Of a stretch of DNA of 64,000 nucleotides, positions 1-8,569 are shown in pieces. This DNA is from Spirochaetia bacterium (GTDB taxonomy: Bacteria; Spirochaetota; Spirochaetia; SZUA-6; Bin103), in NCBI GenBank assembly GCA_965208575.1, contig CBDBOV010000002.1, positions 416,001-480,000 of the forward strand, given 5' to 3'. Position 1 is the first letter of the stretch, and each line of letters opens with the position of its first letter. A model generated the notes under the pieces. The model saw nothing but the letters and a program-made list of their open reading frames with translations, had not been told where the DNA came from and did not search any database. The position numbers and the translations under genes are program-made.

Positions 1-48
1 GCGGCCACCACGCTGCCCGAGATAGCAAGACAACTACAGGAGAAAGCG

Positions 49-1017
49 ATGAGCAACGAAACTGGCACGCCGGTGTCGGGCGTCCTGGCGATGCACGCCG
101 CCGACGAGACGCCCGGCGCTCACCAGGCGAGTCAGCTCTACGACGACGGGCGCCCATACAACCGCGAGGTGCTGACCGCGGAGGTGCGGCACCACCTTGG
201 CCAGGGCGTGCTGGCGATGCTGGAAGCGGGCAAACGCCTGATCGTGCTGAAGGAGCACGAGGAGCACGGCGCCTGGCTCCCGCTGCTGGAACGAATCGGC
301 ATCGGACATGACACGGCCAAGCGGATGATGCGCGCCGCGCGTAAGTTCGTCGGCGGCTCAAATAGTGCACTGGTGCCCCTTTTGAGCTCCGTCACCCAGG
401 TCTACGAGCTCGCGATGCTGGACGATGACGACCTTGCGGAGCTGCGCGAAGGCGGCACGATCGCGGGCGCGACGCTGGATGACATCCAGCGGATGAGCCC
501 GACCGAGCTGAGAACGACGCTACGCCGGGAACGCGCCGAGCGCGCGGACCGGGAGACGGCGCAGCGCGAGCGCCTGGCGACGAAGGACCGCGAACTCGAG
601 GAGGCGGAGACGAAGCTCGCTCAGCGGGATCGCTGGCTGGGCGACTGGCGATCGAGCCGCGTCGGCTGGGAGGATCGACAGCGGCAACTGTGGATGGACG
701 TGGCCCGGCTGGAGCTGAACGTACGCCAGCTTGTCATGAATACCGAGAGAGCGATCGGGGAGCTGTACCGGATGGCCGAGGAGGAGGTCGCTGCCCGTGA
801 CCCCGGCCGCGCCACCGACGCCGGCCCGGTGTCGATCACGTTGAAGATGCTGCGCGACAAGCTCGGCGACTCGGTAGTAGGCGTCCTCGGCGGTGACCTG
901 CAAGGCCTGGAGGACGCGCTCGGCGTGCCGTTGGCCACCGAGGGCGAGCAGATGCCTCTTGACCACGCGACCGGCTCGTTGACCGGGATCGTCGAGCACG
1001 ATCCGTCGCAGGAGTAG
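49..1017 (+). CDS. DUF3102-domain phage early protein
   Basis: Motif EAGKRLIVLKEHEEHGAW..LE..GI...TA.RMM; AGGAG SD upstream; usual position before Mu-like transposases. Confidence 0.75.
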   Translation: MSNETGTPVSGVLAMHAADETPGAHQASQLYDDGRPYNREVLTAEVRHHLGQGVLAMLEAGKRLIVLKEHEEHGAWLPLLERIGIGHDTAKRMMRAARKFVGGSNSALVPLLSSVTQVYELAMLDDDDLAELREGGTIAGATLDDIQRMSPTELRTTLRRERAERADRETAQRERLATKDRELEEAETKLAQRDRWLGDWRSSRVGWEDRQRQLWMDVARLELNVRQLVMNTERAIGELYRMAEEEVAARDPGRATDAGPVSITLKMLRDKLGDSVVGVLGGDLQGLEDALGVPLATEGEQMPLDHATGSLTGIVEHDPSQE

Positions 1018-1021
1018 CGCC

Positions 1022-1156
1022 GTGGATGACCTGTGGATCCAGTCGATGTTCGTGGGAGTGGCCGGCGCTTGGTTGGCCAGCGGCGATCTGCCGGTGGCGC
1101 TCGTCTTCGCCCTGGTTGTCGCGGTGAGCGTCGACGTGGGCCTCCAGGCCAACTGA
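1022..1156 (+). CDS. Small hydrophobic protein (44 aa), not in ORF track
   Basis: GTG..TGA encoding MDDLWIQSMFVGVAGAWLASGDLPVALVFALVVAVSVDVGLQAN; fills the gap between DUF3102 and the transposase. Confidence 0.4.
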   Translation: MDDLWIQSMFVGVAGAWLASGDLPVALVFALVVAVSVDVGLQAN

Positions 1157-1167
1157 AACGACCGGAC

Positions 1168-2859
1168 GTGCTCGAGGATCTGGCAGCGCGGATAAGCCGC
1201 GAACCATCTCGCCGTGCCGATCTCGTGCGCGAGCACGCGAGTTGCGTGGGCGCCCCGGCCTCGCGCGTGTACCGCCAACTCGCGGCGATGGGTCATGGGT
1301 CGGGGCGCCGGCGGCGCGCGGACGCGGGTGCCACCGCGGCCAGGACCGAGGACCTGGAGGTGCTGGCGTCGATGATGGCAACGGCGGTGCGGCGGACCGG
1401 CCAGGCGGTGATGTACATCCCGGACGCGCGCCAGATCCTGCAGGCGGCCGGACACGAGCTTGGCGGCCTGTCGGACGGGCAGCTCGCGCGCCTCCTGCGG
1501 TCGCAGGGGATCGACCTGGACACCCAACGGCGCGGCCAGGAGAGCCACGTGACGATCCGCACCGGCGGTCCGAACGACCTGCACCTGGTGGACCCGTCGA
1601 GCTGCCTTGTCTACTACCTGCCGCCGTCGTCGCGGACGCGCCGCCGGCAGCGGAATGTCGCCGACATCCACGGCGTGGAGCCATACAAGAACAAGCCCGG
1701 CCTGACCGGTCGCAAGGCGGATCTGCGGGTCTGGCGCTACGTCCTGGTCGACCACACGACCGGCGCGCTACGCGTCCGCTACTACCAGCAAGCGGGCGAG
1801 AACGCGGCGGCGCTGTGGGACTTCCTCTGCTACGCCTGGGACCGCCGCCACGCGTGGCATGGGCTGCCGAACTGGCTGTGGTGGGACAAGGGCAGCAACT
1901 ACGCGCCGATCCGCGCCGCCCTGGATTCGCTCGGCGTCGAGCACTACGCGCACGCGACGGGCAACAGCCGCGCGAAGGGCGCGGTCGAGCGGGCGCAACG
2001 GATTGTGGAAACGAAGTTCGAGTCGCGTCTGGCGCTGCAGCCGGTGTCCGGCGTGGAAGAGCTGAATGAGCGCGCCGAGCGGTGGTGTGACGCCTACAAC
2101 GCGAACGCGATCCCCGGCATGGACTGCCGGATGCACCGGCGCGGGATGCGGATCGTGAGGCTGGAAGCGTGGCAGCGCATCAGACCGGGTCAGCTCCGCA
2201 TGATGCCCGAAGACGGCCGCGACCTCGCGGTCTACCAGCCAGTCAAGCGCAAGGTGGCGGGCGACCTGACGATCAGCTACCGGCACCCGCGACTGAAGCA
2301 GCGCTGCTGGTACCGGGTGTCGCAGCTCGCAGGAGTCCGGGTCGGCGCGAAGGTGACGGTGCAACCGCTGCTGGTCGACGACCACGGCGCAATCCGCGTG
2401 CGTTGGAACTACCTCGACGAGGAGCAAGAGGAGCGCCTGCAGCCGATGGAGCTCGACGAGATGGGGTTGCCTGTCGATGGCCCCGCGCCGGGCGAGTTCC
2501 GGAGGCCGGAGCTGACCGAAGTCGAGCAGGCCGGCGAGCGGCTACGAGCGTTGGCCGGGCCGCGGCGGCCGGGACAGGCGGCGTTCGGCGGCAAGTACCG
2601 GGCGCTGGACGCGGCCGAGGGAGACGGGACGGTGATCCCGTTCCCGCGCCGCGGCGTGGAAGTGGAGACGAAGCCGGAGCCCGCGGGCGAGCTGCTCGGC
2701 TTGGCGGACGCGGCGCGGTACGTGCGGGCGCGACTGGGAGACGCCTGGTCACCGGACCTGCTGGCAGAAATCCGTCAGCGGTGGCCGGACGGCGCGTCCG
2801 CGGCGGCGCTGGATGGCTGGATGGCCAGCCTGAGCAATACCGAGGAGGGGACGGGATGA
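1168..2859 (+). CDS. Mu-like DDE transposase A
   Basis: Triad contexts LVDPSSCLVYYL, WDKGS, NSRAKGAVER. Start placed at GTG 1168; the ORF is open from 1033. Confidence 0.88.
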   Translation: MLEDLAARISREPSRRADLVREHASCVGAPASRVYRQLAAMGHGSGRRRRADAGATAARTEDLEVLASMMATAVRRTGQAVMYIPDARQILQAAGHELGGLSDGQLARLLRSQGIDLDTQRRGQESHVTIRTGGPNDLHLVDPSSCLVYYLPPSSRTRRRQRNVADIHGVEPYKNKPGLTGRKADLRVWRYVLVDHTTGALRVRYYQQAGENAAALWDFLCYAWDRRHAWHGLPNWLWWDKGSNYAPIRAALDSLGVEHYAHATGNSRAKGAVERAQRIVETKFESRLALQPVSGVEELNERAERWCDAYNANAIPGMDCRMHRRGMRIVRLEAWQRIRPGQLRMMPEDGRDLAVYQPVKRKVAGDLTISYRHPRLKQRCWYRVSQLAGVRVGAKVTVQPLLVDDHGAIRVRWNYLDEEQEERLQPMELDEMGLPVDGPAPGEFRRPELTEVEQAGERLRALAGPRRPGQAAFGGKYRALDAAEGDGTVIPFPRRGVEVETKPEPAGELLGLADAARYVRARLGDAWSPDLLAEIRQRWPDGASAAALDGWMASLSNTEEGTG

Positions 2860-3239
2860 CCGTGACTATCGGAGAAGGACTGAATGCCTATCAGTTCGTT
2901 ATCAGGGACGGCTGCCGACGGGTTCGGCCGTCGCCGCTGGCGAAGGCGCGGCGGAATGCCCTGGCGGCGCAGATGGATGCCTCTGGCCTGGAGCTGTGGG
3001 TGGGCCGCGGGATTTTCATTCTGCAGTGGGGTTACCCGCCGGTCGAGGTGAAGACGGTACAGGAGGCGTCGGACTGGTTCCAGGGGTGGTTGCGCGGAAA
3101 CGCCCGCGCCGACGGGTATAGGGCCTTCGTCGCCTACTGCCGCTCCGTCGGGACGACGCACGACGGGCGGGCGCTGCCGGCATGGGCCGAGCTCGAGCAG
3201 CGCCAGCGAGACGGCTGGGAGGCCGCGGCGCGGGCATGA
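2856..3239 (+). CDS. Phage hypothetical protein
   Basis: ATGA overlap with transposase stop; GGAGG SD. Confidence 0.6.
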   Translation: MTVTIGEGLNAYQFVIRDGCRRVRPSPLAKARRNALAAQMDASGLELWVGRGIFILQWGYPPVEVKTVQEASDWFQGWLRGNARADGYRAFVAYCRSVGTTHDGRALPAWAELEQRQRDGWEAAARA

Positions 3240-3559
3240 TGGAAGACATCGGCAACGAGAAGCTCTCCCTGACCGAGCGGCTGAACCTGATCGGCACTGC
3301 CGGCCACGTGGAGAAGGTGCGCATCTGGCCGCGCGACGCGGAACGGATAGTGAGCGAGGAGCGGTGCCGCGCCTGGCTGGCCGCTCTGCCGCCCCCGCTG
3401 TTCGGGCGCATCGTGAGGGCGGCCAACCTGGCGGAACATGACGCCTTCTCGTACTTCGACGCGCACGATCCCGGCCCATCGTTCGACGACATGGTGGCTA
3501 TCGGGCTGGCGGTCAAGGTCGCGCCGCTGGAGATAGCGCTTCCGAGGGTTGCGAAGTGA
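3236..3559 (+). CDS. Phage hypothetical protein
   Basis: ATGA overlap with previous gene. Confidence 0.55.
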   Translation: MMEDIGNEKLSLTERLNLIGTAGHVEKVRIWPRDAERIVSEERCRAWLAALPPPLFGRIVRAANLAEHDAFSYFDAHDPGPSFDDMVAIGLAVKVAPLEIALPRVAK

Positions 3560-3756
3560 GTGCGGCGCAACGGCTCGTCACCGTCATCACGGAGGACCAT
3601 CACTCGTTTCCCTGGGACGAGACGCGGAAACCGCCCGCTTCGGCCCGCTATCTGTTTGTCCACTCTGAAGAGCAGATGGCACCGGCCCCGCCGTGTATTG
3701 AGGGCGACCCCAAGTGGATGCGCAACGACGATCGCACCTTCCGCCGCGTTCGATGA
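3556..3756 (+). CDS. Phage hypothetical protein
   Basis: GTGA overlap with previous gene. Confidence 0.45.
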   Translation: MSAAQRLVTVITEDHHSFPWDETRKPPASARYLFVHSEEQMAPAPPCIEGDPKWMRNDDRTFRRVR

Positions 3757-3775
3757 TGCTGCCGAGGGTTGCGAG

Positions 3776-4030
3776 ATGAGCGCGGTGCGGTGGCCAGCGA
3801 CGGCCGAGGAGCTGAAGGATGCCGGTTACCGCGGGACCGGGCGAGGCCGCTGCAAGTCGTGCGGCCGCGCGATCATCTGGGCCAAGACGCCGCGCGGCGG
3901 CGACATGCCGATCGAGCAGCTCGCCGATGTCGAGGGCCAGCCGGACCGTTTCCAGTCGCACTTCGTGAGCTGCACGCGCGCCGAGTTTCATCGGCGCAGG
4001 AAGAAATCACTGGCAGGGAGGGGCAAGTGA
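3776..4030 (+). CDS. Small Cys/His (zinc-finger-like) phage protein
   Basis: CKSCGRAIIWAKT...MP...SHFVSC motif; stop overlaps the next start. Confidence 0.65.
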   Translation: MSAVRWPATAEELKDAGYRGTGRGRCKSCGRAIIWAKTPRGGDMPIEQLADVEGQPDRFQSHFVSCTRAEFHRRRKKSLAGRGK

Positions 4031-5097
4031 ATCGATTGAAGGGGGCCCTGGCTCGTGCCGGGCTGTCGTACGCGGCGCTGGCGTCGGAGATCGGCGTCAG
4101 CAAGTCGTCGGTCGTGGAGATAGTGCTGCGCGACCGCTTCCCGCGGGGACGGGAAGCGAAATTGCGCCGCGCCGTGGAGGTCGCGCTGAGTGAGCGCGGC
4201 GTGCACGACGATCCGTGGCCCGATGACCAGTCTACGCAACAGGAGGACGATGTAGACGTGAGGACACATTTGAGCTTGGCAGCGCGCGAGCAGTTCGGGC
4301 TGCGCGCTGATCCATGGGACGTACGGAGCGCCGCCGACGTGTGGCTCGGGCGCCGCTGGCGCTACGCCGCGCAGGCGATCGAAGACGCCGCGCAGACGGG
4401 CGGATTCCTGGCGGTGGTCGGCGAGTCGGGTTGCGGCAAGAGCACGCTGCGCCGCTACGTGCAGGACGCGCTACGCAGGCAGGAGCGTCCGGTGCGGGTG
4501 GTAGAGCCGGTGGCGATCGACAGGGGCCGGCTCACCGCGGCCTCCATCTGCGATGCGATTGTGGGAGACCTCTCGCAGGAAAGGCCACGGCTGACGCCGG
4601 AATGGAAGACCCGCCAAGTGCGGCGGATCCTCACCGAGTCGTCACGAGCCGGTTGCTCGAACGTGATGATACTCGAAGAGGCTCACGACCTGCACATCTC
4701 GACGCTGAAGTACTTGAAGCGCTTCTGGGAGCTGGAAGACGGATTCGAGCGGTTACTGGGGATCATCCTGCTGGCGCAGCCGGAAATCATGACCGTGCTA
4801 GACGAGCGTGCCTGGGCGGCACGCGAGGTGGTACGGCGGATCGAGGTGGTCGAGCTGGGCGCCCTCGATGAGGGCGATGACCTGGAGCAATTCCTGGCGG
4901 CTCGAATTGGAGACGGGGCGTTCGCGGCCGATGCGGCGGACGCCATTCGCGCGCGGCTGTCACGGCGCACGCGCGGCGCGGGGACGATGAGTACGGCGTG
5001 GCCGTTGGCGGTGGCCAACCTGGTGACCAGGTGTCTCAACCTGGCGGCCGAGCTCGGCCAGTCGCAGGTGACCGCCGACACGGTAGCCGCCGCGTAG
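4027..5097 (+). CDS. MuB-like/ExeA-type AAA ATPase with N-terminal HTH
   Basis: HTH LSYAALASEIGVSKSSV; Walker A GESGCGKS; Walker B VMILEEAH. Confidence 0.88.
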   Translation: MNRLKGALARAGLSYAALASEIGVSKSSVVEIVLRDRFPRGREAKLRRAVEVALSERGVHDDPWPDDQSTQQEDDVDVRTHLSLAAREQFGLRADPWDVRSAADVWLGRRWRYAAQAIEDAAQTGGFLAVVGESGCGKSTLRRYVQDALRRQERPVRVVEPVAIDRGRLTAASICDAIVGDLSQERPRLTPEWKTRQVRRILTESSRAGCSNVMILEEAHDLHISTLKYLKRFWELEDGFERLLGIILLAQPEIMTVLDERAWAAREVVRRIEVVELGALDEGDDLEQFLAARIGDGAFAADAADAIRARLSRRTRGAGTMSTAWPLAVANLVTRCLNLAAELGQSQVTADTVAAA

Positions 5098-5106
5098 GAG
5101 GAGAGC

Positions 5107-5340
5107 ATGGAAGGGAAACAAGTAGCGCGCAGGGGCTTTCCGCTCCTGACTGCCCTGGTGATCGTGCTGGCAATCCTGAAGCTGGCGGGGGTGGCGCCGT
5201 TCGCGCGGTGGTCCTGGTGGTGGGTGTTCGCGCCCTGGTGGGGTCCGTTCGCCGCGTTCGCCGGGATCCTGGTCATCATCGGAGTCGGCTGGATCGTCGC
5301 CGTCTTCGTCGACGTGCGTCCGAAGCGCAGGAGGTCATAG
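5107..5340 (+). CDS. Small phage membrane protein
   Basis: LKLAG...WSWWWVFAPWW motif; two hydrophobic segments; GGAG SD. Confidence 0.65.
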   Translation: MEGKQVARRGFPLLTALVIVLAILKLAGVAPFARWSWWWVFAPWWGPFAAFAGILVIIGVGWIVAVFVDVRPKRRRS

Positions 5341-5960
5341 TGGTTGAGACAGCGGTACAGATTCCGCCGGGGTATATCGAGGACTCGCAGGAGCGGCTGG
5401 TGCCGCTGAAGAACGTCAAGCAGATCGACCTGGACCGCGACAAGCTGGTGCGCCAGATGATCGACCAGGCGGCGACGCTGCACGAGTCGCTGGCGCAGTT
5501 CCGGGAGCTGGCGTTCGCCAGCGTCGACGGTTTCGTGGAGCGCGCGGCGAGCGAGTACGGTACCAGCATGGCCGGCGAGCACGGCGGAGTAACGCTGTCG
5601 AGCTACGACGGCAAGCTGCGGTTGCGCGTGTCGATCGCCGAGAAGCTTGAGTTCGACGAACGGCTGCAGGTAGCGCGCAAGCTGGTGAACGCCTGCCTGC
5701 AGCGGTGGGGCAGGAACGCCAAAACTGAGATCAAGACGGTGCTCCGGGCGGCATTCGAGACGGACAAGAGGGGCCAGCTCGACGCCAGGCGGATCCTGGG
5801 CCTGCGCAAGCTGGACATCGACGACGAGGAGTGGCAGCAGGCGATGCAGGCGATCTCGGACTCGGTCCGGGTGGCCCGCAACCGCCGCTACCTGAGCTTC
5901 CAGCGCCGCGGCGAGACGGGTAAGTACGAGACGATCTCGCTGAGCCTGTCCTCGGTATGA
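5340..5960 (+). CDS. DUF3164 family protein
   Basis: IPPGY..D...RLVP...VK.ID..RD; GGVTLSSYDGK; FDERLQVA; RILGLRKLDI.D.EW..AM.AI.DS. Confidence 0.85.
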   Translation: MVETAVQIPPGYIEDSQERLVPLKNVKQIDLDRDKLVRQMIDQAATLHESLAQFRELAFASVDGFVERAASEYGTSMAGEHGGVTLSSYDGKLRLRVSIAEKLEFDERLQVARKLVNACLQRWGRNAKTEIKTVLRAAFETDKRGQLDARRILGLRKLDIDDEEWQQAMQAISDSVRVARNRRYLSFQRRGETGKYETISLSLSSV

Positions 5961-6370
5961 CGGACCGGCGGCGCCGGCTGGCCACGATACACGCGGCGAA
6001 GCGCGATCTGGGGCTGACCGATCCCGAGTACCGCGCACTCCTGGCCTGCGCTGCAGGCGTGAGTTCTGCGGCCGACCTCGCCAACGACGCGCAGTACGGC
6101 GCGGTGATGGCGGCGTTCCGGTCCGCCGGCTGGCGCGGGCCGCGGCGCCGGCGCCTCACCGGCCAGATGGCCACCTGCTATGCGCTCTGGTGCCGGCTCC
6201 ACGAAGCCGGCGCCGTGCGCACTAGGTCCTACCGGTCGCTAATGTCCTGGATCGCCCGGCAGGTCGGGGTACAGGACGTTTATAGACAAGACCAGTTGCG
6301 TAGCTGTATAGAGCAGTTGAAGCTATGGCATCAGCGTGTGCAGTTGAAGCGGAAATCGCGGACGTCCTGA
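5957..6370 (+). CDS. Mu gp16/GemA-like regulatory protein (DUF1018)
   Basis: LATIHAAKRDLGL.D..YRALL...G..S; ALW..LH.AG.V; IEQLK.W. Confidence 0.8.
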   Translation: MTDRRRRLATIHAAKRDLGLTDPEYRALLACAAGVSSAADLANDAQYGAVMAAFRSAGWRGPRRRRLTGQMATCYALWCRLHEAGAVRTRSYRSLMSWIARQVGVQDVYRQDQLRSCIEQLKLWHQRVQLKRKSRTS

Positions 6371-6603
6371 CCGAGGTCCTCGGCGACGACGGACAGGCGA
6401 ATCGCGCCGCGGACGCGATCGTCGACTACTTCGCCGGCAACCAAGTGTACTTCCCCAAGCGCACCCAGCGGGACCGCGATGACCGCGACGCCAACATCGC
6501 GCGCGACGTGGAGGCGGGCGTGCCGACACCGGAGATCCTGCGCCGGTACCGGCTCAGCTACACCAACCTGAGGCGCATCCTCACGACCCGCAGCGTGTCC
6601 TGA
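6325..6603 (+). CDS. Mor/C family transcription activator
   Basis: FAGNQVYFPK...RD..I...EI.RRY.LS...LRRI. Confidence 0.8.
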   Translation: MASACAVEAEIADVLTEVLGDDGQANRAADAIVDYFAGNQVYFPKRTQRDRDDRDANIARDVEAGVPTPEILRRYRLSYTNLRRILTTRSVS

Positions 6604-6836
6604 CTGCCCTCCAGCGATGCCGGACATGTTCCGGGTACCAGCATAGATTCGGAGACCGGTCATGACCGCTTGTGACCGGGTTCACTTGGATTCTTGAGGT
6701 TGGGCCCGCCTATCAGCCTGCACCCAAACTGTTCCACCGTAGTCAACGGGTTCGGGCGGGACTCCTGCAGCGGTACCCGTACCCGTATCAGATCCGTCCC
6801 TTGCCGCCCTCCGGCGCGGCTCCGTACCTTCCCTAC

Positions 6837-7079
6837 ATGAGCCACCAGAAAGACGATGCGATCCGAGACCTCTTGAATCGAGCGTCCTGCCGCAAGTTCG
6901 AGGCCAGGCACGGCGACGCTCCGGTCTACTCGCTCGGTGAGGACGTTCTCGATGACTACCCGGAGGGATGGCTGGAAGCGAGGCTCTTTCTAGAAGAAGA
7001 ATTCCGATCCGAGATGGAAGCGGAGTATAGGCAAGCGATGCGAGAGGCTGCCCCAGCGGCTTGGGAGTTCGGCCCGTGA
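6837..7079 (+). CDS. Hypothetical acidic protein (moron-like)
   Basis: ATG 6837; stop overlaps next GTG. Confidence 0.45.
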   Translation: MSHQKDDAIRDLLNRASCRKFEARHGDAPVYSLGEDVLDDYPEGWLEARLFLEEEFRSEMEAEYRQAMREAAPAAWEFGP

Positions 7080-7309
7080 CGGCGGACCTTCGGAGGACCA
7101 TTCAGGCGGCGCTCAATTGCGAACGCCCGCGGCAGAACGTAACGCAGGACCCTGCCTTCTCTGCCGCCATAGACGCTCTGGTGGTTGCGACGGGAAGCCA
7201 TCGCCAGGAGATCATCTGGCGGGCGTTGCGGATGTACTTGCTCGCTTTCCTACATACCCACGAACCGGGGCTCGCTTCGAAAGAGGATTTAGCAACCAGA
7301 CGCGGCTGA
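7076..7309 (+). CDS. Putative ribbon-helix-helix DNA-binding protein
   Basis: RQNVTQDPAFSAAIDALVVATGSHRQEIIWRALRMYL fits a CopG/RHH pattern. Confidence 0.5.
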   Translation: MTADLRRTIQAALNCERPRQNVTQDPAFSAAIDALVVATGSHRQEIIWRALRMYLLAFLHTHEPGLASKEDLATRRG

Positions 7310-8206
7310 TGAGCGGTCGGCTACACACAGTTCGAGCCCGATCAGATGACCGATCCTGCACACGTAGGCACGAGTCTCACCGGGTGCGTAGGGAGCCACC
7401 GCAGGCCAAGTGTCGCAGGAAGCTGAACAGCGGTCGCGAGCCCGCATGACTCTTGCTGCCCCAGCGTTGTAGCTGGCAAGCGTCATGGCCATGCGCTGAA
7501 GGAGATCGTCGATCCGCCATTGCTCAAACAGCCAGCGGTCGTAGTAGATGCCGGCGGCGATGCTGTGACGCGGGTCCCAGGGGTCCGTCACGGACAGATG
7601 CCGGGCGATGTCCCCCCACGTCGCGGGCATGATCTGCATTAGTCCCTGGGCCCCGGCATGGCTGAGGGCGTCGGCTTGCAGCGCTGACTCGGCGATGCCT
7701 TGAGCCTTGAACCAGCGCCAGTCGAAGGCGGCGCCGAAGAAACGCCTGGAGTACTTGCGGAAGGTGCGGTCCCAGCGCCGCGGCCAGTAGCGATCGTCCA
7801 CAGGAGGATCGTCTGCCCAGAACGGAGCGGGCGCAGGTTTGGCCGGCTCCCGCACTACAGCACCCTGCCCTGCTGTAGCGTCTCCATCATCATCGGCAGG
7901 AGTCGGCTCGGCGCCGTCGTCGGTAGGCGCTGACTCGGGCGCGGCCTTGGGCTTGGTCGCGAGCATCGGCACGGGTGTGCGCGCGTGGCGGGTGAGATCG
8001 GCGGCGGCCGGGTCGGGCCTGGCAAAGACGACTATCTTGGCCATTGCGATCGCGGCCGTGCGCGGCGCAGGCTGCGGGGGCTCCAGTTCCTTGACCTCCG
8101 GGCGCGCAGGTGCTGTCCCCAAAGGCGGTCTCACGCCAGGCGCGGAAGATACGCAGGACTGCAGGATGGCCGCGGCTGCCAGGAGGGCGACAACGGCGGC
8201 CGCCAT
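7289..8206 (-). CDS. Lytic transglycosylase (SLT) with lipoprotein-like signal and Pro/Ala linker; putative endolysin
   Basis: C-terminal 305 aa of ORF 7289..9643: FKAQGIAES, AQGLMQIMPATW, ASYNAG, ETRAYV; N-terminus AAAVVALLAAAAILQSC. Confidence 0.85.
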   Translation of the reverse strand: MAAAVVALLAAAAILQSCVSSAPGVRPPLGTAPARPEVKELEPPQPAPRTAAIAMAKIVVFARPDPAAADLTRHARTPVPMLATKPKAAPESAPTDDGAEPTPADDDGDATAGQGAVVREPAKPAPAPFWADDPPVDDRYWPRRWDRTFRKYSRRFFGAAFDWRWFKAQGIAESALQADALSHAGAQGLMQIMPATWGDIARHLSVTDPWDPRHSIAAGIYYDRWLFEQWRIDDLLQRMAMTLASYNAGAARVMRARDRCSASCDTWPAVAPYAPGETRAYVCRIGHLIGLELCVADRSSAASGC

Positions 8207-8211
8207 GCCGC

Positions 8212-8436
8212 TCAGTTGAGTGCCATGCCGATCACCAGGCCGACGGCGATGCCGATGCCGACGAACATGCCGCCGACGACGGTGCCCACGGCGCGGTTGT
8301 TGGCCTCGAGTTCCGAGCAGGTGTCGAAGGTGGTGAGGCGGTCGAGCGCCTTGTAGGAGAGGAGCATCAGGGCGATGGCGCCGGCGCCGCCGGCCGCTGC
8401 GTAGGCGAGATTGAGGGCGACGATGGCGATGTTCAT
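8212..8436 (-). CDS. DUF350-like two-TM protein (possible holin)
   Basis: D.LT.FD...EL...N.AVG.V.GG.F.G; directly upstream of the SLT gene. Confidence 0.7.
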   Translation of the reverse strand: MNIAIVALNLAYAAAGGAGAIALMLLSYKALDRLTTFDTCSELEANNRAVGTVVGGMFVGIGIAVGLVIGMALN

Positions 8437-8472
8437 GGGAGCAACGGTCCCTCGCCGCGCATCCGGAACCTA

Positions 8473-8488
8473 AATACAGGACTGTATT
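8473..8488. promoter_or_regulatory. Dyad AATACAG-GA-CTGTATT in divergent intergenic region (candidate Mor/C or repressor site)
   Basis: Perfect 7-bp AT-rich inverted repeat between the divergent lysis and head operons. Confidence 0.5.
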
Positions 8489-8569
8489 GGGAGCGGACGC
8501 ACCGGTGCCGCATCGTCTGCTGCCGTGGGAACGCGGTTTGCGCTGAGTTGCAGTGACGAGCGGCCGGAG

